IMG/VR virus record: IMGVR_UViG_3300046804_002762 | Span: 1-64,000 of that record | Length of the DNA stretch: 64,000 nt | Direction: 5' to 3' (one strand) | Source of the DNA: a virus | Part shown: piece after piece, positions 54,192 through 61,067 of the stretch | Layout: every line of letters starts with the position of its first letter | Numbering within the stretch: the stretch's first letter is position 1 | The notes under the pieces: model-generated | What the model was told of the DNA's origin: nothing | Seen by the model: the letters and a program-made list of their open reading frames with translations, nothing else | The model's database searches: none | Program-made: the position numbers and the translations under genes

Positions 54192-54365
54192 ATGTCAGTT
54201 GCTTATAGTCAGGCACAGAAGCAGCGTTATAGAATCACTCTGGATTTATCAGTGTTCGGTGACTTCGACCCCCACCAGATTGATTGGGAGAAGTTATTCA
54301 AGTTGGAACCTGCAGAGAAGTGTGAGGCGTATGTAGAGGACTTAAGTACACCTGACCGTTGGTGA
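54192..54365 (+). CDS. Small hypothetical protein (57 aa, below the ORF-track cutoff)
   Basis: MSVAYSQAQKQRYRITLDLSVFGDFDPHQIDWEKLF..., with a promoter and SD. Confidence 0.65.
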   Translation: MSVAYSQAQKQRYRITLDLSVFGDFDPHQIDWEKLFKLEPAEKCEAYVEDLSTPDRW

Positions 54366-54436
54366 GTGTTAGTAACTCTGGGGCCTTGAAAGTGTCCCTA
54401 TAGTATAGACACCAATCAACCGCAAATCTCCGACAA

Positions 54437-55774
54437 ATGACTATTCTCAAAGACATGTACACTGGTAAAGTTCGTCTCTCTCTTGTGGAATATGATGCCT
54501 TCCTGAGTGCAATCGAAGGTCTGCAATCGTTCGTTTTGAGCACCAACGCAGATTGTGAAATGGCATACGATTGGGTATGCGATCAGTGCAACATTCATTC
54601 CTTTGTTGCTGATCACTACGCTTGGGATTTGTTCTTCAAAACCTACGAATCTGCAATCGACTGAGTTACACTTTTCCCACTTCAATTCTTCACCAAATGA
54701 CTAACACTTTCCGAGTTGTAATTCCTACCGCTGATGGTATACAAGTCGCTGGAGAGTTTCCTACTCGCTTGTTCGCAAGTATGTTCCAGCAAGTTATCCT
54801 TACTGATCGCGGTCTTAAGTGTATGATTGAAGAGTTCATTAACGGTCAATGGTTGGACTGAATCCTTCCATTCTCACTTACACTTTTTCCCCTAAACTTT
54901 TCCTGAAATGACTGTTACTTACCAACGCAATGCTCTCGACATTTCCTATAACGGTTGGGAGAATTATGAGACCTGGAATGTTGCTCTCTGGATCAACAAT
55001 GATGAGGGTTTGTATGACATCGCTCGTCGTTGTGATGATTATCAAGACTTCGTAGATGCGGTCGAAGGACTTATCTCTAAGACGCCTGACGGAGTATCAT
55101 TCACTGACCCGAAAGTGAACGTGATTCAGATTAACTCAGACTTGTTCGATTTCTAGTCTTAAGTATCACTCACCGATCACACAGTTACTAACACTCAAAT
55201 GACTCAATCACGCACCGTCACCTTCACTAACGTTCAGGACAATGTGGAGCGTACTGTAGAGTTTCCTGATTATAGCAGTGCCTACCGATTCGTCACCACT
55301 TTGCATATCGCTGGTGTCCAAGCAGTGGTTAATCTTCTCCCTGAAGATATCGCTGCCTGATAACACTTAAGACTCACACAGTTACTCATACACAATGCGT
55401 TACATTTCCTCCAGTCGTTATACGCTTGATGAGATCGCTGAGCAATGTCGTCTGGCAGTATTAGCAGCAAGTCCTAACACTCAAGAGCGTACAGATCTTT
55501 ATACTGAGGTCCGTAAGTTCTATCACTACAGCAACCCTCTCCTGGTTGCACAGTAAGGTATCACAAGAGGAATGAGATGCGCCTCTATAAAGACACTCAC
55601 CAAACACACAGTTTCTAACAACAAACAACACAAATGTCTAAGCAAGTTCTCATCTCTCTGCTGGCACAAGGTAATACTGGTGCTGAGATTCTTCAGATCC
55701 TGGATACTCTGGGCAGTGAGCAATCTTCGGAGGGTGCTTATAATGAACCCACTGCAGATGTGATCGAGTTCTGA
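54437..55774 (+). other. Six small hypothetical ORFs (54437, ~54697, 54908, 55199, 55395, 55634)
   Basis: ORFs with AC/pyrimidine-rich, SD-less leaders. Confidence 0.55.
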
Positions 55775-56289
55775 TACTAACTGTGTGCCCCTTGGTTGTT
55801 ATACAGAGCGTGAGTGATGTTGACACTGAGGGGCACTTATGTTATGATTGGTGATGATAGTGATTTGGCAGTGTTTTGCGCCGATTGTTTATATCGGCGC
55901 GGCGGCGTTGTGTTATAAACCCGCCCTGATGCCCCCCCTTATTAAAAAAAGCCAACTACCCTAACCTACAGAGGTGACAAATCGACCTCTAAATATAAAT
56001 CTCATAAAAATTTTCCGGAGTATAAAAAATGTTTACGAGGTGGATTCATAAGAAAGGAAAGTCTTGCCCGGATAAACGTTGTAGGAGTTATAAGACACAA
56101 GCAAAGGCAAATGGTGCGCGTAAGAGAAAAAAGAAGTAAACCTTACTGGGGATTTTGGAAGGTTGTGTTAGCGGGCTGGATGATTCGTTATCCACGTCCT
56201 TTTTTTGTGACACTTGGATTTTGCATGTTTGTGATATATAATGCAGTAACAAAATGAAATAGAAAAAAAAAATTCCGGAGAAATTTTTT

Positions 56290-56484
56290 ATGACTAGCAA
56301 GATATATCACATATATGCAAAGGATAGGTGCATATTTCATTCAATCAAAGAAGAAGAATTCAAGACAACTTGGAATACTCTGAAAAATATGGTTGGATTA
56401 ATGAAAACTGACTATACTGTAGATGATTTGTCCTATGAGGAGTTGATTGTAAATAAAGAGACAATTCTAAATTCTTCTCATTGA
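56290..56484 (+). CDS. Small hypothetical protein
   Basis: ORF track, with an SD-like GGAG upstream. Confidence 0.6.
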   Translation: MTSKIYHIYAKDRCIFHSIKEEEFKTTWNTLKNMVGLMKTDYTVDDLSYEELIVNKETILNSSH

Positions 56485-56509
56485 CAAGACATATATAGAC
56501 TGTTAAAAT
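56481..56509 (+). promoter_or_regulatory. Sigma70-like promoter
   Basis: TTGACA-17-TAAAAT. Confidence 0.7.
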
Positions 56510-56534
56510 TGATATTGAAGGTTATTTTTAACTT

Positions 56535-57302
56535 ATGGCAAAAGGATTTACTATTAAAGCTACTGCACCAAAGCCCAAAGAACAAGAATGGGACATTGAT
56601 GCAATTAAAGAAAGAATGCGAGGAAAATCTATTGTATTTTGTCTTCCTGGAAGGGGATGTTCATTTATTTTTCTAAAAGCATTTGTACAACTTTGTTTTG
56701 ACATGGTTCAAAACGGAATGAGTATTCAAATTTCACAAGATTACTCATCGATGGTTAATTTTGCTCGCTGCAAATGTTTAGGAGCAAATGTTCTTCGTGG
56801 TCCGAAACAAATTCCTTGGGACGGTAAACTCGAATATGATTACCAACTTTGGATTGATTCGGATATTGTCTTTGATTCTACCAAATTCTGGCAACTTTGT
56901 GATCTATCTTTTCCTGCTGATGGAGAAGAAAAGGAAATTGTAGCAGGATGGTATGCGACTGAAGATGGACACACAACTTCAGTCGCACATTGGTTAGAAG
57001 AAGATGATTTCCGCAAAAATGGCGGAGTTATGAATCACGAAACTGTAGAAAGTATCTCAAAGCGTCGTAATCCATTTACAGTTGATTACACTGGATTTGG
57101 TTGGGTTCTGATTAAGAAAGGTGTCTTTGAGAATCTTGAATATCCATGGTTTGCTCCAAAAATGCAACAATTTGAATCTGGAAATGTACAGGATATGTGT
57201 GGAGAAGATGTTTCATTCTGCCTTGATGCAAAAGAAGCAGGATTTGAGATTTGGTGTGATCCTCGTATCCGTGTTGGGCATGAGAAAACTCGTATTATTT
57301 GA
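56535..57302 (+). CDS. GT-A fold glycosyltransferase-like conserved cyanophage protein
   Basis: 'LWIDSDIVF', 'TGFGWVLIKKGVFE' and 'GEDVSFC..GFEIWCDP..VGHEK'. Confidence 0.75.
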   Translation: MAKGFTIKATAPKPKEQEWDIDAIKERMRGKSIVFCLPGRGCSFIFLKAFVQLCFDMVQNGMSIQISQDYSSMVNFARCKCLGANVLRGPKQIPWDGKLEYDYQLWIDSDIVFDSTKFWQLCDLSFPADGEEKEIVAGWYATEDGHTTSVAHWLEEDDFRKNGGVMNHETVESISKRRNPFTVDYTGFGWVLIKKGVFENLEYPWFAPKMQQFESGNVQDMCGEDVSFCLDAKEAGFEIWCDPRIRVGHEKTRII

Positions 57303-57455
57303 TGACTAAACACTACGACATTTTATACAAAGGTTGTAAAATATATCAGAACCTCACCATCGAAGAGTGTAGTGAGGTTCTACAAGACCTCTCAGAGCGT
57401 TTTTTCTCGGAAGAGGATATTGATCCAAATTTAATTGAACTGGAGGAAATTAAAC

Positions 57456-57596
57456 ATGGCTAAAGGTGGAAACAATAAGACAGTATTTGAACCCGGAGCA
57501 CCGAAAAAGACTCGTCAAGGACGCTCAGCAAGAACTCTTTTGAGTGCAACCTCTCGTAATGGACGAAAGAAAAAATACCGTGGGCAAGGAAAATAA
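57456..57596 (+). CDS. Small basic protein (46 aa)
   Basis: Strong SD GGAGG. Reads MAKGGNNK..PKKTRQG..RKKKYRGQGK. Confidence 0.65.
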   Translation: MAKGGNNKTVFEPGAPKKTRQGRSARTLLSATSRNGRKKKYRGQGK

Positions 57597-57597
57597 A

Positions 57598-57825
57598 ATG
57601 CTCCAATTAAATCCACAAATCCCAGTCATTACTCCTAAAGGTAATGGTTGGGCTTTTTTTTGTATTGATCGTTCTCAAGAGCACGATTTAGAATGGGTTG
57701 TCTTCCTAGATAATAATGGAGAGTGTTGGACATTTAAAAATTCTGACCTTCGTATTCAAAAAAATTACACTCTTCATAGAAATAATCCATCCGGATTTAA
57801 CTCATGTACTACACTGATCCAATAG
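57598..57825 (+). CDS. Hypothetical protein
   Basis: MLQLNPQIPVITPKG..WVVFLD..ECWTF. Confidence 0.55.
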   Translation: MLQLNPQIPVITPKGNGWAFFCIDRSQEHDLEWVVFLDNNGECWTFKNSDLRIQKNYTLHRNNPSGFNSCTTLIQ

Positions 57826-58421
57826 ATGAATGGAATTCTATTCATAAAGATGATCTATGGGTATATAATAAACTCTTTTTAGCACACTCTCTAGGGTATC
57901 TGTGCGGTCCTGTAGGAACTCCCGTTCTATCTCCAGACTACTATATCGTCAGACCAAGTATTAATTTACTAGGGATGGGGAGATTTTCTCGTGTAGAATG
58001 GATTCATAAACATACGGATCATTTTCATCCATCAGAATTTTGGTGTCAAAGATTCTATGGGCAACATATTAGTGTTGATTTTAATAACAAAAATTCAAAA
58101 CTTGTGGTTTTAGGAGATAGATATGACAATGAATCTTTGTATAAATGGAAAAAGTGGACCAAAATTGATGTAAAAATTGAATTTCCGTCAATTTTAAATA
58201 GTTTAAGGGGCAATTATGAGTGGATCAATTGCGAATTTATAGGGAGTAATCTTATTGAAGTACACTTTCGCCAAAATCCAGACTTCCGTTATGGAAATAC
58301 TGTTGCAATTCCGGTTTGGAAAGGTGAGGAAGTTCAAAAAAGAAAAAATTTGAAATTTGTTAAAGATGAAGACTATCTAAGAGAAGGATTTTACATCGAT
58401 ACTCGGGATAGAACCCCGTAA
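57804..58421 (+). CDS. Hypothetical protein, possibly ATP-grasp-like
   Basis: 'YIVRPSINLLGMG..INCEFIGSNLIEVHFR.N'. Confidence 0.45.
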   Translation: MYYTDPIDEWNSIHKDDLWVYNKLFLAHSLGYLCGPVGTPVLSPDYYIVRPSINLLGMGRFSRVEWIHKHTDHFHPSEFWCQRFYGQHISVDFNNKNSKLVVLGDRYDNESLYKWKKWTKIDVKIEFPSILNSLRGNYEWINCEFIGSNLIEVHFRQNPDFRYGNTVAIPVWKGEEVQKRKNLKFVKDEDYLREGFYIDTRDRTP

Positions 58422-58453
58422 AAAGTTCTGATTTTAACAAATCAGGAGCAAAA

Positions 58454-58711
58454 ATGACCAAAAAAGTCGATAAAGACCAAAATTTTATGAAAAATGAGTG
58501 GGGAACTCAATATTTGTCAAGTGAATACGGGTGGGAGTCTAAAATTGAACAACAGAAGATGCTTCGCGAGATTGCAAACGATGAATTGACTCCTAAAAAA
58601 CATGATTTTTTTCATCAAAATGAAATTCATGCCAAAATACGCAATGATAATGATTATGATGATTGGGAATATGGCACAGAACCTCTTTATGAATTAAAAA
58701 ATTGTGAATAA
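58454..58711 (+). CDS. Hypothetical protein
   Basis: ORF with SD AGGAG. Confidence 0.6.
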   Translation: MTKKVDKDQNFMKNEWGTQYLSSEYGWESKIEQQKMLREIANDELTPKKHDFFHQNEIHAKIRNDNDYDDWEYGTEPLYELKNCE

Positions 58712-58735
58712 ATAAATTTAGTTCTAACATAATTC

Positions 58736-59137
58736 ATGCCTTTAGAGCGGGTAAGTCAGGGTTTTAAAGATATTAGTATGACTTTTCAGTCTAATCCCCT
58801 GAACAGTGATCTTATTGCACTAAAAAATGAGACTGCTATTGCTCGCTCTATTAAAAACATCGTATTTACTCTTCCCGGAGAAAAGTTTTTTAACGAAAAC
58901 TTTGGATCCAGTATTTCAAGGGTTCTTTTTGAAAATGTTGATGAAATTTCTGCATCTATTATTTCCGATGAAATTAGACAATCAATAATAAACTATGAAC
59001 CGAGGGTTAGACTAATTGATGTTCAAATTTATCCGGATTATGATAATGGTTCTTTTGACGTAATAATCATATATGAAATCATAGGAGTGGACGTTGTTCC
59101 ACAACAATTACAATTTGTATTGCAACCTACTAGGTAA
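58736..59137 (+). CDS. gp25: Baseplate wedge subunit, T4 gp25-like
   Basis: 'AIARSIKNIVFTLPGEKFF..FGS..I.NYEPRV'. Late promoter TAAATA 58708. Confidence 0.9.
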   Translation: MPLERVSQGFKDISMTFQSNPLNSDLIALKNETAIARSIKNIVFTLPGEKFFNENFGSSISRVLFENVDEISASIISDEIRQSIINYEPRVRLIDVQIYPDYDNGSFDVIIIYEIIGVDVVPQQLQFVLQPTR

Positions 59138-61063
59138 ATGCCATTAGTAAATTTTTCAAATCTGGATTTCGACCAGATTAAAACAACACTCAAAGATTAT
59201 TTAAAAGCGAATTCCAATTTTACTGATTATGATTTTGAAGGGTCAAACCTTTCATCAATTCTTGATGTTTTGGCATATAATACTTACATAACCTCATATA
59301 ATGCAAATATGGTTGCAAATGAGGTTTTTATAGATAGTGCAACCCTTAGAGAAAATGTAGTTGCTCTTGCTAGAAATATTGGTTATATGCCAAGATCTAA
59401 AAAATCTGCAACAGCAACAATAAGTTTTTTTGTTGACACATCAAACATTTTCCCAAAATTGACATCCCTTACTTTAAAGAAAGGTATTGTAGCAACATCA
59501 TCAGGATCTTCTGGTAATCAATCTTTTGTTTTTTCAATATTGGATGATATTACAGTTCCAGTTTTTGATGGAATTGCAACATTTGATAATATAAAAGTTT
59601 ATGAGGGGATTCTTTTAACGAATAACTTTACATATTCTTCTAGAAATCCAAATCAAAGATATATTTTGCCAAATTCAGGCATAGACACAGATTTAATATC
59701 AATAAGTGTTAAAAATAATGCACAATCATCAATAGTTCAGAAATATACCTTTCAAGATAGTCTTTTTGATCTTGATAAAGAGTCTAGAGTATATTTTTTA
59801 CAAGAAATAGAAGATGAGAGATATGAAATTATTTTTGGCGATGGGATATTTGGGAAAAAACTTGATGAGGGAAACTATGTAATCATTAATTACATTACTT
59901 CTAATGGTAGTAGTGCAAATGGAGTTTCTCAGTTTACTTTTTCCGGAAAATTAACATATACTAGAAATTCTATAGAATATACTGTATCGACAGGAATTTC
60001 CTTAATAACCACTATTTTATCGGCATCTGGTGGAGAAAACATAGAATCAGTAGAATCCATAAAAAAGTATGCACCCAGAGTATATGCCTCTCAAAATAGA
60101 GCTGTCACTGCAAATGATTTTGAAACTCTAATTCCATCTAAAATTTATAAAGAAACTGAATCTATATCAGTTTTTGGTGGTGAAGATTTAGTGCCACCAC
60201 AATATGGAAAAGTTTTTATAAGTATTAAACCTAGATTTGGTGATGTTATTCCAAATCTAATAAAAGATAATATTAAGTTAAAATTAAAAAAATACATAGT
60301 AGCAGGTATAGTTCCAGAAATACTAGATCTTAAGTACCTTTATCTTGAGATAAACTCTAAAGTTTATTATAATACGAACTTATCACCATCTTCAGAATAT
60401 GTGTCGAGTATTGTTCAACAAAATGCATTAAAATATTCTGAGTCTACAGAGTTAAATCAATATGGAGCAAGATTTAAATATAGTAAATTTTTAAAGATAA
60501 TAGATGATAGCCACGAATCGGTTACTTCAAACATAACAACACTCCAAATGAGAAGAGATTTGAGAGTATCTTTAAATACTTATGCAGAGTATCAAATTGG
60601 ATTTGGAAATGAATTCTATATAAAAAATATAAATGGTTATAATATCAAAACAACCGGATTTAAAATCGATGGATTGTCTCAAACTGTTTATGTTGGAGAT
60701 ATTCCTAATGCAGACAAACTTACAGGTTCTTTATTTTTATTCACTATAGATTCCATAAATTCATCTTCTCCTACAATTTTGAGAAGAAGTGTTGGAAAAA
60801 TTGATTATGTGAACGGTATATTGACACTCAATCCCATTAATATTTTATCAGGAAAGATAAAAGATGGTCAAACCATCATTGAAATATCTGCTATTCCAAA
60901 ATCAAATGATGTTATTGGAAAACAAGACCTTTATTTGCAACTAGATATTAATAACAGTACTTTTGATATGGTTGTTGATGACATTTCATCAGGTCTAGAT
61001 CCTTCAGCATCAAACTACATTGTATCATCAAGTTATAACAACGGAAATTTAGTAAGATCATAA
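59138..61063 (+). CDS. gp6: Baseplate wedge subunit, T4 gp6-like
   Basis: 'LDFDQIK..FTDYDFEGSNLS..LAYNTY..NEVFIDSATLRENVVALARNIGY..QNRAVTANDFE..PPQYGKVFISIKP'. Confidence 0.92.
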   Translation: MPLVNFSNLDFDQIKTTLKDYLKANSNFTDYDFEGSNLSSILDVLAYNTYITSYNANMVANEVFIDSATLRENVVALARNIGYMPRSKKSATATISFFVDTSNIFPKLTSLTLKKGIVATSSGSSGNQSFVFSILDDITVPVFDGIATFDNIKVYEGILLTNNFTYSSRNPNQRYILPNSGIDTDLISISVKNNAQSSIVQKYTFQDSLFDLDKESRVYFLQEIEDERYEIIFGDGIFGKKLDEGNYVIINYITSNGSSANGVSQFTFSGKLTYTRNSIEYTVSTGISLITTILSASGGENIESVESIKKYAPRVYASQNRAVTANDFETLIPSKIYKETESISVFGGEDLVPPQYGKVFISIKPRFGDVIPNLIKDNIKLKLKKYIVAGIVPEILDLKYLYLEINSKVYYNTNLSPSSEYVSSIVQQNALKYSESTELNQYGARFKYSKFLKIIDDSHESVTSNITTLQMRRDLRVSLNTYAEYQIGFGNEFYIKNINGYNIKTTGFKIDGLSQTVYVGDIPNADKLTGSLFLFTIDSINSSSPTILRRSVGKIDYVNGILTLNPINILSGKIKDGQTIIEISAIPKSNDVIGKQDLYLQLDINNSTFDMVVDDISSGLDPSASNYIVSSSYNNGNLVRS

Positions 61064-61067
61064 CAAA

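Larger units (their letters stand above)
37683..54407 (+). repeat. Dispersed 35-bp intergenic direct repeat, 14 type-A + 2 type-B copies
   Basis: Type A (TAACTCTGGGGCCTTGAAAGTGTCCCTATAGTATR) starts at 37683, 38941, 39467, 42096, 42691, 43788, 44714, 46152, 47855, 48846, 50395, 51494, 51813 and 54373. Type B (AAAGTTACTCACCTCCAAAGTGTCCTAGTAGTATG) starts at 49282 and 51005. Confidence 0.95.

Noticed and set aside
37683-54407. 35-bp repeats as a CRISPR array
   Set aside because: The intervening segments are 0.3-2.6 kb, irregular and protein-coding, and no cas genes are visible.
37683-54407. 35-bp repeat as a canonical sigma70 promoter or classical attC site
   Set aside because: TTGAAA and TATAGT are only 7 nt apart. 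It lacks the RYYYAAC..GTTRRRY ends and long hairpin of attC, and no integrase is in the window.
53872-56289. tRNA or rRNA genes in the longer intergenic stretches
   Set aside because: I found no cloverleaf with a T-loop (GTTCRA) and matching acceptor stem by eye. tRNAscan-SE or ARAGORN would confirm.
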